DNA from: Auanema rhodensis
Lineage: Eukaryota > Animalia > Nematoda
DNA: 64,000 bases
Assembly (NCBI GenBank): GCA_964057225.1
Contig: OZ059900.1
Location: forward strand, 10,044,001 to 10,108,000
Reading direction: 5' to 3'
The notes below the pieces were generated by a model that saw only the letters and a program-made list of their open reading frames with translations, was not told the DNA's origin and searched no databases. The position numbers and the translations under genes were made by a program. Below are positions 22,353 through 35,600 of the stretch, piece after piece; positions within the stretch are counted from its first letter, which is position 1, and each line of letters starts with the position of its first letter.

Positions 22353-22853
22353 ATGATAAACGAGACAGAAATTAATGATGCTCTAACCAATGATTTAGAA
22401 TTAAAAAATGCGAAAATTGCTCGTATCAAAGAGAGAATGGAGAATCGAGCTCTTCAAATAGACCGTATTGAGATTTCGAATTGGCTAGTGGGTGAACCAA
22501 TGCAAGTACTGAATGCAGCAATAGAAGAGAGGGAAACTAAAATAATAAGTGAACTCATGAACGAAATTAAATTAGACTTTGAAACCTACAAAATGAAAAA
22601 GAGAACTGCTCGAATCAGAAGAATGATTGAATTAACAGCTGATAGAAAGGGTATGGAGTACAGATTTGGTTATATGATTCATATGGAATTTCGCAAACTT
22701 CATTTTTTGATGATGGATTATTTAAAGTATTTTTCAAATCAGGTTGAAGTTTATACAAACGCTGGACTTCCATTGCCCCTGAGCATAGCGATAGAATTTG
22801 ATAAAAACCGGGTGTATTTCAGACAATTGAAACAGCATTTCGAAAAAAAATAG
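22353..22853 (+). CDS. 166-aa helical orphan protein, distant paralog of 42456-42815
   Basis: Long ORF with protein-like composition; ungapped similarity to the 42815 protein; upstream motif at 22071. Confidence 0.7.
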   Translation: MINETEINDALTNDLELKNAKIARIKERMENRALQIDRIEISNWLVGEPMQVLNAAIEERETKIISELMNEIKLDFETYKMKKRTARIRRMIELTADRKGMEYRFGYMIHMEFRKLHFLMMDYLKYFSNQVEVYTNAGLPLPLSIAIEFDKNRVYFRQLKQHFEKK

Positions 22854-23623
22854 TTAGTTTTAAAAGAGTTAATCTTTTCAATTTTTTTTTCAGTCATAGT
22901 ATTTGTTTATTTTTTGATAATAGACGGCATGGATCGGATCCCATGAATCATATAGACGAAGAAGAACTATTTCTTGACTGAGTTATATTGAAATTGTTAT
23001 TTTGCTATTTTGTAATGATTTCTGAATGAATTTTATTCTTCTTTTGTTGGAAAATAATTGAATATACATTTAAAACAGAACTTTCAATAATTAAAACAAT
23101 AAGAATAAGTAAATATCGAATTTGACAGTCTAACAGAATTTTTTATGAGATACAGTAATTGGTTATAAAGTTGATAATTGTTTTCTTTTGGAAATATTCA
23201 TTAGAAATGAACTTTCAGGACATTCTCAATCGAGAACCTGTAGTTCGTTTCTTGTATCATTGATTTTTGCTCTGTCATATATTGTATTTTAACATCAAAT
23301 AGTATAACATCTTGGTGTAATGGTTGTATTCCAGGTTAGTTGATAAACTCTCCTTGGATCATTCTTCTCCAGGTAAGTTACAAAAATAAAAATATTCACA
23401 ACTCTCTCTCTCTCTCTCTCTCTCCATCTCTCTCTCTCTCTCAAAACCACACTCAATTGCAATATGTCCTTCCTACTTCATCATGTATTCTCTCTATATA
23501 TACTGAATACCTTATATCAGCTTCACAATCCTAGATTCTGGTGTATACAACGATTTCCTCCATTTTGCGGTTAATTATCGTACTTATCACCTGATTGATG
23601 AGAATTAAACAATATTAATATGA

Positions 23624-23696
23624 ACATAGTAGTCTAGTGGTCCGAGTATTGGACTGCATTCTACACGGCCAAGTACAATCCCTTTCTGCGTTTTTT
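23624..23696 (+). pseudogene. Degenerate tRNA-like segment in left foldback arm
   Basis: A-box-like TAGTCTAGTGG, GAGTATTGGACTGCA (similar to the tRNA-Cys anticodon arm), degenerate B box AGTACAATCCC, then T6. Confidence 0.45.
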
Positions 23697-25482
23697 AAGA
23701 AAATCGATAGCAAATCGAAAATCCAAAAAACGCCCGGATGGATTTTAAACAAGAAAAAGTGTTTATTTTGGTATTTGAAAGCTGATATCTCAGTTCAAAC
23801 TCAATATTTTTGAATTTTAATTGAGTCCTTCTGTAGTTCTTATTCATCTCTTTTCGCTCACAGAATTTTCAAATACTTTCTCTTTTGGTTTGAAAGTTAT
23901 AGCTTCATGAATATGAGACATAAAGCTTAAACTTAGACTTTGAACTGCTCTATCTCTTTAACTATTAAGAATTTCAACAATTTTCGATCGGATTCACAAC
24001 CTACGTACTGAGATCTATCGAATGAACTGTCTATATTGAAGTTTGGAGCACTTTGAAATTTTGAAAATTAATGAAATTAGCCATTTTCAGATTTGAGAAA
24101 TGAATTTTTCGAGTTTTTCAACTTTTAAGAAGATTATACGATAGAGTTAAACGTGCTGATTTCAAATTTGAAAATCCCGATTTTCAAGTTTCACTTCTGA
24201 AGGAGTTATGAGACTTTAAAGTTGTTGACGTTGAGTATTCTGAAGGATATATCTCCGTTCAGACGAATTTTCAGAAATTCGCAATAAGCAGAATCTACTT
24301 CTACAAGTTTGATTTACTTATGTGATGAATTTCAAAGCATTTTCTTAAATTTTTTAGTTTTTGAAGAAATCATCCAATTTCATGTACTCCCCCCTTACCT
24401 ACTTTTCGACCGAAAACATCCGTCACCCTAGAAATATTTTGAAAATTTCTAATTTTTTTGTTAATTATATGATATCAACTATAACGAATTAAAGGTTTAG
24501 AGACGAAACAACGTAAAGATTGCTCTTCTCATACTTGGAATCTTAGTTTTTCATTATATTCTCCTTTGTGATACCTTTGAACATCAAAACGAGATTGCCA
24601 ATACATTGGAAGATGAAACAAAGATAATCTTAGAATATATATCTGAGTTCATATCACATAGTTAACTATGACATATAAATAACTTCAAATACTATAATTA
24701 TCTAAAACTCTTCTGAACCTATAAAAGTAAAAAAACTTCAGAGTAGATGGTTTATCGATCGATTTTCAGTGAAAAAGTAGGTAAGGGGGGAGTACATGGA
24801 ATGGGATGATTTCTTCAAAAATCAAAAATTTCAAGAAAATGCTTTGAAATTGATCACATAGGTAAATCAAACTTGTAGAAGTAGATTCTGCTTATTGCGA
24901 ATTTCTGAAAATTCGTCTGAACGGAGATATATCCTTCAGAATACTCAACGTCAACAACTTTAAAGTCTCATAACTCCTTCAGAAGTGAAACTTGAAAATC
25001 GGGATTTTCAAATTTGAAATCAGCACGTTTAACTCTATCGTATAATCTTCTTAAAAGTTGAAAAACTCGAAAAATTCATTTCTCAAATCTGAAAATGGCT
25101 AATTTCATTAATTTTCAAAATTTCAAAGTGCTCCAAACTTCAATATAGACAGTTCATTCGATAGATCTCAGTACGTAGGTTGTGAATCCGATCGAAAATT
25201 GTTGAAATTCTTAATAGTTAAAGAGATAGAGCAGTTCAAAGTCTAAGTTTAAGCTTTATGTCTCATATTCATGAAGCTATAACTTTCAAACCAAAAGAGA
25301 AAGTATTTGAAAATTCTGTGAGCGAGAAGAGATGAATAAGAACTACAGAGGGACTCAATTAAAATTCAAAAATATTGAGTTTGAACAGAGATATCAGCTT
25401 TCAAATACCAAAATAAACACTTTTTCTTGTTTAAAATCCATCCGAGCGTTTTTTGGATTTTCGATTTGCTATCGATTTTCTT

Positions 25483-25555
25483 AAAAAACGCAGAAAGGGA
25501 TTGTACTTGCCCGTGTAGAATGCAGTCCAATGCTCAGACCACTAGACCACTATGT
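25483..25555 (-). pseudogene. Degenerate tRNA-like segment in right foldback arm
   Basis: Minus strand TGGTCTAGTGGTCTGAGCATTGGACTGCATTC...AGTACAATCCC...T6. Confidence 0.45.
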
Positions 25556-26274
25556 TCATATTATTATTGTTTAATTCTCATCAATCAGGTGATAGACACG
25601 ATAGGTAACCGGAAAATGGAGGAAACCGTTTTATACACCAGAATCTAGGATTCAAGGAAAGGGAAAGCTGTTATGAGGTATTCATTATATCAGAGAGAAT
25701 ACATGATGAAGTAGGAAGGACATATTGCAATTGAGTGTGGTTTTGAGAGAGAGAGAGAGAAAGAGAGAGAGAGGAATAGAGAGTTGTGATTATTTTTATT
25801 TTTGTAACTTACCTGGAGAGGATATGATCCAAGGAGAGTTTATCAACTAACCTGGAATACAACCATTACACCAAGATGTTATACTATTACATGTTAAAAT
25901 ACAATATATGACAGAGCAAAAATCAATAAAGACAAACTGTATTTGTTATTTCAAACAACTTTTGTCAGAAGAATCTTGGTCGTTTTTTATATTTTTTAGG
26001 AATAAAAATACTTTTATTAGTGTTTTCAGAAGAGATTTGTATTTATATAATGTTCTAATCAAATACATTGGTACAATACTATTTATTCGTAACGATTCGT
26101 AAAACAGCATTATCATATCAAATGCTTATCTCAATTTCGTCTGGTATTTCACATTAGCAATATAATAACATCGCAGAAATGATTCATCCATTGTAAGCGC
26201 TATGTCTGCTGCTAATTTCGTCAAGTTAACGTATATATATATGAAGAGAGAAGTAAAGAAAGAAAGAATCGAAG

Positions 26275-26308
<34 letters not shown>

Positions 26309-26511
26309 CTTTTGTGTTATAAAATATCCATGGGACACCGATTAAAACGTAGCTCATCGTAGCAAATAATATCAAGCAGCCAATAGTTACTATAAACTTC
26401 AAAGTTGCAATTGTATTGCAGTAATTGAAGCATTATCTAATATGTGTCTACTAGTTATTGTATAAATTTGCTTCAAACACAAAGAAATTATATAGATATA
26501 TTAAAATATAT

Positions 26512-29500
26512 CTAATAGTATGGATATAAATGAGTATAGACATTTGTTCTGGTGACGGAGGATGAACGAAGATTAGCGTATGAATTGGATCGGAATAATT
26601 CCATTTGACGAACAGCTTGATTGAGTTTTGATGATATCTCGTTGTATTCATGTCGCATCTGTTAATAAATAACTTATATATATATACATATATACTATAT
26701 GTAAGTAAGTAAGCCTATATATTCTATAACTATATCTAGCTAGTATCTAGTACATCTAATTAAATTAAAAAGCTCATATGACATACTCGATCTCGGTTTA
26801 TTTTTTCACGAGACAATGATCTCTCCAACTGACCAATACGCGTCTGTAAATGATTAACATGGGTTTATTGAAGCTGATGACAAGATTGTGAAACATAGAA
26901 TTTACAATAACATTGTTATTAATATACTTTTAGATGAGAAAATATGAGCAAAAGCATCTGCATACTACGTTTAATACATATATTTATATATATATATATA
27001 TAGTTTATATTAAAATCCATAATTTTATATACTACACTAATACCACGGCAAATAGTGTACCTCATACAAACTCATTGTCATGTTGGATGGATTAGCAGAT
27101 TGGCTCTGAAAGATAGCACAAAATCAGCATTATGTCATGATTGCAACACTTATTAAATCAGTTTTAAATAGTTAAAAGAATTAGAATAAGTATTATATAT
27201 GAATACGCAATTACTGGTATTAGATTTCAAACTTACAGCATATCTGGAGCGTGGAGCATATCTCTCGCTGCTGGCCTGTAAATTATATAAACAGTTATGG
27301 AATCCTGCCGTTGAATAACTTACAGAAGTATGATAGTTAGTGTGCAAATCACGAACATAGCTATCAACACGAGAAAGACGTCCAGATCCCATGAAAAGAT
27401 CAGCTCGGCTTCTGTAATATAGCTATATAGTTATATTGACATGTCGCATTGTTACCCGCTGCGAGAAAGAGAGTCATAGAGCGAGCTTCTAGAGTTAGAG
27501 CGTGATAGTTCGTTATTTTTGCTTCCGCTGTACTCCATGAAGCTGACAAATGAACCGGAACGTGATGGTGGACGACTAACAGCACGAGATGGTGGTGTAG
27601 AGTACTCACGAGTACGAGTTGGTGCTGGGAACTGAGATGCATATCTGAAAATATCAATAGCAATATTGAAATAAGTTAATGGTTATGGTTACCTATAGTA
27701 ATTGCTTGCAGATCGTTGAGATCTCATAGCTTGCTTGCGTTCTCTAGCTCTGCTACGTGAACGTTCAATCAATCTGGTTGTAGAGTACAAAGCGTTAGAG
27801 AATGCACCTGAAATAGTTATAAAAATTATAAGCTAATTATACACATATAATTACCGGTGCTGACAATATCATCAAACATGGAAGTGTACATTCTTGATGG
27901 AGTATAAGAGTTAGAAGTATAGGTTGAACGATACTTGCTGGCATTTGACACAAATGGACTAAATACATAAGCGATATATTGATTGCTTAGCGGTATCATA
28001 CCTGATTGGAGTATAGCTGTTGCGATCAACTGGAACCCAAGAGTTGAATGAACTAGAGGATGGCATTCTTGGAGGAGGCAATTGGTTAAATGAATCCTGA
28101 ATTTATAATAAATTAGTTAACTGATCTCTAAGTATAATCAGACTTGGTCATAGCTGATGTGATCCCTGGGTGCGTGGCTTGCAGCAGAGGAACTGTCAGA
28201 TTGGCGTACAGGTGGTGGAGAGTAAGCTCTTTCTACTCTCTTCACTTCTTCCTGAAATAAATTGCATAGCATCAGGCAAAATTACCAGAAAATTTTACCT
28301 TTGGCTCTTCTGACTTTGGAGTCTCAGGTGGAACCTAGAAAAATGACAATATCATTAAAAATTAGATGAAAAAAACCTGTTCTTGAATTTCAGCTTCTGG
28401 TTCTTCAACTGGTTCAGGTTCAGCTTGTGGTTCTGGCTCTGCTTCAGGCTCAGCTTGAGGTTCAGGTTCAGCCTCAGGTTCTGGTTCGGGTGCAGCTTCT
28501 TCCTTAGGAGTGGGTGGACTGTAAAAAGAACAATGATATGCTTTCTAGCTTTCTTTAACTAACACAGGAGTAGAAACTTTAGGAGTAGCAACTTTAGGAG
28601 TTGATGCAGGCTCCTCCATCTTTGATTCTGGTACAGCATCGAAAGAAAAAGCAGACTTAGACTTGGCAGAAGCAGCTGTAGTTGGAGTTCCGGGGATGCT
28701 TCCATTGGCTACACTTCCGTTAACTACACGCTTGGATGGTGACTTTGGAGTGCCTGGGGCCTAGAACTAACATTTTAATTTTGTTTTTGTTAATTGAAAT
28801 CACCTCTTCACGTGCAGAGCGAGGAGTTGGTGGGATAGATGGAACAGCTGACTTGGGCGTAGGAGGAACATCCTCGCGGGGGGTGGGTGGAACAGAGCTC
28901 TTTGGTGTGCTTACTTCCTGAAAGAAAAATAGTTTAACTAAATAGTTCATTTCACATGCTACCTCTTTTGGAGTTGGAGGAACTGATCCAACAGCTGATT
29001 TTGGAGTTGGTGGTACTGATCCATTAGCAATGGGAGTGCTAGGAGCCTAATAAGTAAACAAACAAATTACTGTAAAAAAAATGACTAAAAGTACATCTTC
29101 GAAAGGTGTAGGTGGAACAGATCCAACAGCTGATTTAGGTGTAGGTGGTACTGATCCCACAGCAGATTTTGGAGTAGATGGCACCTGAAATTTGTGTCAA
29201 AAATATAAAAAGTTGTTGTTTAAATATAATATACCTCATCACGTGGGGTTGGTGGAACAGATCCAATAGCAGATTTTGGTGTACCGGGCACCTGAAATGA
29301 ATTGTTCAAAATCTAATGTATCAAAGAAACATGATCATACCTCATCACGTGGGGTTGGTGGGACTGACCCAATAGCAGATTTTGGTGTACCAGGAACCTA
29401 AAGTTCTAACATACTTCAAAGTATTGTACTGTTGTATTACCTCATCACGTGGAGTTGGTGGAACGGAGCCAACTTCCGATTCGGCAATAGTCTGTAAAAA

Positions 29501-32500
29501 CACGGCATGTTAAAAAGATAAGTGTTTGATGTTGTTACCTTGTCAAGTGGAGTTGGAGGGACAGAGCCAACAGCAGATTTAGGTGTTTGTGGTGTCTGGA
29601 AATAATTGTTTGTGTCCAAGTGACACGTGTTGAGTGTGTTTACTCACCTCCTCTAGTGGGGTTGGAGGAACAGAGCCAACAGCAGAAGTTGGTGTTTTTG
29701 GTACCTGAAATTATATAGAAGTGAATGAAAGAGTTAATGAATGCAGTGTAAAAACCTCAGCTACAGGTGTCTGAGGAACAGAGCCTACGGCAGACAGAGG
29801 TGTTTTGGGTGCCTAAAACGATGGGAATAGTTTCCAGAATCTATGAAGTGAGTATACCTCGTCACGTGGAGTAGGTGGTACAGAATCCTTTGGAGTGCTG
29901 GGTACCTAAACAAGTAAATAATGATTTATAATAATGTTTATATTTATATATTACGTCATCACGGGGAGTAGGAGGAACAGATCCAACAGCTGACTTAGGG
30001 GTTGATGGAACCTAAAATTGTTAAAATAGGGGGAGATATGATGAGGTAAAGCAAATATTATAATAGAATAAAAACATTGCTCGAATTTCAATCGATATTC
30101 AGAAAAATAAACAAAACACACCTCAGCAAGTGGAGTTTGAGGAACAGATCCAACAGCAGATCGTGGAGTTGCAGGAACAGATCCAAGAGCTGATCGTGGA
30201 GTTCCTGGGATCTTAAAAGAAAATGTTGAATCATATTGTTTTATGTTGACATAATAAATTAATAAAATGAAAAATGTTAAAGAATGTAATAAACATACGT
30301 CTGGAAGAGCAGCTGAACGAGGAGTCTGAGGAACCGATTTGTCGGCAGCTGGTGTCTGGACAGCCTATCAAAGACAAAGCGTGTAATAGGATGATCTAGG
30401 AGCTCGTTATACCTCTTCAGCAACAGCTGATCGTGGTGTTGGTGGCATATCGGCAGCGGGAGTACCTGGTACACTATCTCCTGAAGATTGTATATTATAA
30501 CATACACTACTAGTACAAATAAAGGAAAGAAAATAAAAAGTTTTTGTTTTAAATGAGAAAAACTGACCAGACACTTCTACAACAGGATTGTCGAGTTCGT
30601 TCAAGGAGCGTGGTCGTTTTCCCTCTGGTGGGGCTTGGAGTTCGAATTTCTTTGGTTCTTCTTCGTCCTAATATAAAATAATTAGAATTATAAAATAAAA
30701 TTAATAAATTACCTGAGCAGATGGAGCAGCTTCAACAGCTTCTGCTTCTACTTGTTCTTGCTGTAAATGACATAGTTGATTGCTTGTTTCTTTATATCAT
30801 GTTCAAGTGTTTATCACCTCAGGAGCTTCCTCAACCACTTCATCTACGGGAGCAGTCTCGGAGGCATCAACAGGTGCCTCCGCGTCCACGACTTCATCTC
30901 CAGATGGCTCTACGACCTCAGCAGCATTATCATCAGTTCCAGCTGCAGTGATGCTGATCTCAATACCATGTTCCTCAGCTTCTTCTGGCTTAAACGCATG
31001 CATTACTATCTTATTCCTGATAGGGTAAACCTGTTCTGAAGTAGCATCCTCAACAGGAGCGTCAACATCAGCCGTCTAAATACATAAAATGCATGTTATT
31101 TTTGCAAATGTTTCTTATGTAAAAAAAAATATTGTTAACTCCTCTCAAAAATCATTTGTTTTTCTCACGATTTCATTAAGTTTACCTCATTTTCTTCAGG
31201 AATTTGTTGAGCATCCTCAGTTGGCTCATCATCCTTAACTACCTGAAAATGTTGTTAACTGAACATTTTCCAAAACAACTGTTTTTTTTCATCTCATAGT
31301 TGAGATATATTGGCATTTTTTTAAACAGCAAATTTCAAATATAAAGGCAAAATAGCTCATGAATCGCTAATTATTATTGAAATTATTACCTGAGTCTCTT
31401 CATTGCTTGGTAATTCCTCGATTCCGTCCATGCTTGTAGTCATAGGATCAAGATATTCTGTGCCAGTGATATCAGGAACCTTAAAATGTAAGCTGATATA
31501 CTACATTGCATATATTATCTTCTTTGTAGAACATGAGCAGTGATTTTAACATATTAGATTATCTAACTAAAAAAACGAAACCAAAGAGATGAAGAAAGGG
31601 ATGAAAGGTGAAATGAAGCTGTTAAGCTATGATATGAAGCAATTTTATGGCTTAGAGAGAATTTTAGTCAAAGACGAGCTTGAAAGAAACTGAAGCAGCT
31701 TTACTGCGCTTGGTGGTTCTTTTCTTGAATGCTTTCTGTTCGATGGCACCAACTGGCCAGCATCAGCTTATCCTCTACACATCATCTCTCATTTCTCTGT
31801 TATCTCATTCTCAGCACTGTCTCCTGTCACTATCATGATGCTTATCTGTTTTTGTCAATGATATCCCACTCTAGTACACTATTTCCATGAAGCAATTTTT
31901 ATATTGTCCAAGCAGAAGCACTGTTCTATCTCATTTTCGAACAATATTATTCTTTTTTTTCTAACTTTTAGCTCTCTTTCATCCGTTCTCTCTCTTCCTC
32001 CCTCTTACTCTCTTATTCATCTTTCTTGAGTAAAAATAATAATTTTTGTTATTATTTTTTTCTAACAATTTTCATATTGGAACAAAACAACAAACACTAA
32101 TTTTAAGATATAAGCTCAATGACAGCTAATTCATCCTTGTAAAACCTTTTAACAAATGCTTTCAAAGTTGAGAAAAAATAAGAAAAACGATTGTTTTCCT
32201 ACTTATATCTTGTTGTATTTTTGTTTGTTTTATTGAAATAAAAAATTATTTGTTATTTAATAACTAAACAAATGTTGAAACTCATGTTATATCAGCTTGA
32301 TGATATTAACAACATGTTTAAATGCAACACAGCTTTATAGAAAACTTTTTGGAGAAAAAGAAAATAAATTGAACAAAATAATAATTTGTCGATTAACTAT
32401 ATTATAATTTGAAAAATTGTAAAGCATTAATTTTCTTATAGATAAACTATTTTCATGGTATTGATGTTGTAAAGTATGAAACAAACGTCGAAAAAAGTAC

Positions 32501-32698
32501 CTGATCTTCAGTTCTATCGTCTTCAGCTGGCTGATTTTTTGCTTGAATATCTTCATCTGCACCATCTGGCTCTCCAGAATCTATTAAAGTTATGTTCATT
32601 ACATATGGTACAAATTGATGCAAACCTCCAACTACTTCCTCTTGAAGTTCTTCTTGAGTATCATGGAACTCATCCTCAATAGGCTGGCTTTCCGACAT
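26512..32698 (-). CDS. Large multi-exon protein: acidic N-terminus, (V/A)PxTPKSAVGSVPPTP repeats, Ser/Tyr/Arg-rich region, C-terminal coiled coil
   Basis: Starts MSESQPIEDEF; many short exons encode PPTP repeats; ends TRIGQLERSLSREKINRDR/MRHEYNEISSKLNQAVRQME...HLYPYY*. Internal exon usage was not fully resolved. Confidence 0.85.
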
Positions 32699-35600
32699 CT
32701 AAAATCAAATTGCTTATATTCAAAACTTGAAAATAAACAGATAAATACATAAATAATAACACATTCTACTTCGTAAGCGATCAAAAATATTAAAAAAAAC
32801 ATTGTACATGTACATGTGATTAAGCTGGCTAAAGCTCATAGAGCACGCTGCTGTCTAAGACATCAAGCTATAAGAGATAGGAAACGAATCTTGGGCAAGA
32901 TACAGGAGGCATGTCGTTGTCAGTTGAAACGTAGGCGGATGCAATGTGTTCATCAAGGAAAGTGCACGATTGATGATCAACCGCACGTTCTTTGTTGTTC
33001 TTATAAACAGTTGGTTATCGCACACTCCGACTACGCTTTTGGATAACAACTGCGAGATGGAGAGATGAGCAGATATTGGATATATTTATATATATACACA
33101 TACATGTGTATACATGTATTCAAATTTTTTTTTCGTCGTAAACTTTGAGAGAACGTTCAAGAATCTGTCAAGAATGAGTTAAAGACATCATAAAATCAGG
33201 TGTTAAATTGCATCATATAAATCTTCACCAATGAGATCATTTAAACTCTGAATTTGATATTAAAGTAAATATTTTGCTTAATTCAAAAATAGGTAAGTTT
33301 GATTTTCATTCCGTTTAATGTTGAAGAAAATAGGGATCAACGCAATGATTGTGATATTTACAGTAAGATAAAGATCATCATACAGATTATACAGTAACTA
33401 AAGTTTTAGAGATAAAGGTCAAGAAGTTCGAGGTCAAGAAGTTCGATCAATCAATGCAAAACATGTTTTTATTATTTAAACTTATTCTTGAATAAAGTTT
33501 CTCAATGTGAAGAATCGTTAAACGGAAATATGAAAAATCATAAGAAGAATTGAAAATTAGTAAAATTACTGTAAATTTAAGTTTAAACATTAATATCGAA
33601 CCAGTTTTTAATGTTTCAAAAGCTATTTTGAAAGAGAGATATTTCTTAAAAAATTTCAAAATAAGTGATTGAATTCAGAGGAAAAAACGATATATTGTGT
33701 GATAGTTGAGAGAGTACATAAATTGAAAGCAAGAAATCGATGTTTAAGCATCACATTCGGAATGAATGCACAAAACGGCAGCCCTGCGGAAACTATTCTT
33801 GTTCCAACTGTTGTGTAAAAGACAATAGAGCATAGACATTGAACAACTTCACTGGTGGGTGGCAATATATCACTATAAAAACTGAGGTAAGATGTCAGGT
33901 TAGAAATAAAAAAATTAAGAAAAAAAAAACATTTGAGATCTAATGAGTGATTTTTGATTCGCTATATGTGTAGTATTTTGGAGTGATGGCTGTTTAACAT
34001 CAGAACATGTAGTTCATTACATGTTTTTAGAAAAAAAAGAGAAATGAAAAGTATACGAAGATTTGAGAAATTGAAAAAATGCTCTTTGAAGATAAAAAAA
34101 TGGAATTGTCGTTATTAATCTTTAAACCTAAAAAGTTTGAGAGAATAAGCTCAATGCAATACTTTGTTTATTTTTCAGAAAAGTTATTTCAATGAATGTG
34201 TATGAGCAAAATAAATAAAAATCAATGTAGTGATAGTTATAGGTTGATGTTAGGCTGAAGAGTGTTAAAAAAAAAGAAAAAAATAATAAAGAAAGATGGC
34301 ATAGTATGATGTAATAGCAAGTTTTCGCTCATAAGTATACAAAAAATATCTTTAACTGAGAATAATATTGCTAAAATATGAATTTTACATTCACATAGTC
34401 AGATAGTTATATATATATATATATATAAATATATAAACTATCTTAACTATGCTGCTGTTAAATAAAGTGTGAAGAGTGTGAACTCTGTTGATCGAGGATA
34501 ATTTCACATTATGATTATTCAATATATTCTTTTTGCGTTACTCTTCAATTTTCTCTTTCCCGCCTCTCAAATACATTGTAAACTAGTGTCATTTGGCAAA
34601 GTTAAAAATGAAAAAGCACAGAAGATGAAATGAAGTCTGGATGGATAACAAGAAGCTTGGAGATATTAGAATTTCGCTGAAGATAGAGCATTGGAGAATG
34701 AGCTGTAAAAAGACGATTAGAAGAATTAGAGACGACAGGATAAGCACATATTGTTAATGCAGAATGAATGGCAAGCTGTTCAACAGTTGTTCTCAAACGT
34801 GAAAATTGCTCAACGACAACGAATACTAGGTTTGACCAATCACTGATTGTGGGACTAGCAGAAAAAAAAAGTTTATTGCTTTATTATATTGAGTTTCAGC
34901 TCTAAATTTAGGATCATTTGCTAATTTATCATATGAATATAGCAAGCTATACCAAAGAAAGCCCCCACAAAACCTCTATTTCTCCAGAATTAGCGGTATA
35001 AATTTCTGAGCTAGTTGAGAAAAGTGTATGCAAATATGAATGATCTGAGATATTTGCGTAATTTTTGGGTGCATTTTCATATTTGAATTTGAAAGTTGTC
35101 AAATTCAGCAAACAAATAGCGTTATCCAGATTTAAACTCTTCGTCCCTTTATGCTATTTTTTACAAACTTGTCGTCGTTCGCTACTTCATTGCTCTGATA
35201 ATGACTTAGTTATTTCATCTTTAAAAACAAATAGAATCTATTTATTGATTTTTTTGTAAGGAGAAAATATAAGTCAAATATCTGCATACATTGACAATAG
35301 CGTTGCACTCGAAGATTGGCTCGACTCTTGTACTCAAATTCGTAGTACTATTCGCTTGTGTGAGAGCTTGAGAATGTGGTTGTTACATGTCTGCTTGATT
35401 AATGATTGGAGATAATCATATGAGAGCGTTTGTATTGAATTGATTCGAATTGTTTTCTTAATAACTTTCTCAACTATGCTCGAAATTCTCGTCCGACACA
35501 TTGCACTGCCTCAATGTCTTGCTTCATCTTCAAATTTAAAAAAGCAATTTTTTAATTTCAGCCGACAAAAAAACTTTTGCCTGAACTTCTTCTTAAAATT

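Larger units (their letters stand above)
23259..25927. mobile_element. Non-autonomous foldback / long-TIR element (arms ~1.16 kb, spacer ~345 bp)
   Basis: 23259-~24416 is the reverse complement of ~24763-25927 at high identity, including a (CT)n tract. No transposase ORF and no clear TSD. Confidence 0.9.

Noticed and set aside
33232-33250. Additional GAGATCAT seed matches (33232, 35641)
   Set aside because: No similarity to bantam beyond the seed region and no convincing pre-miRNA geometry.
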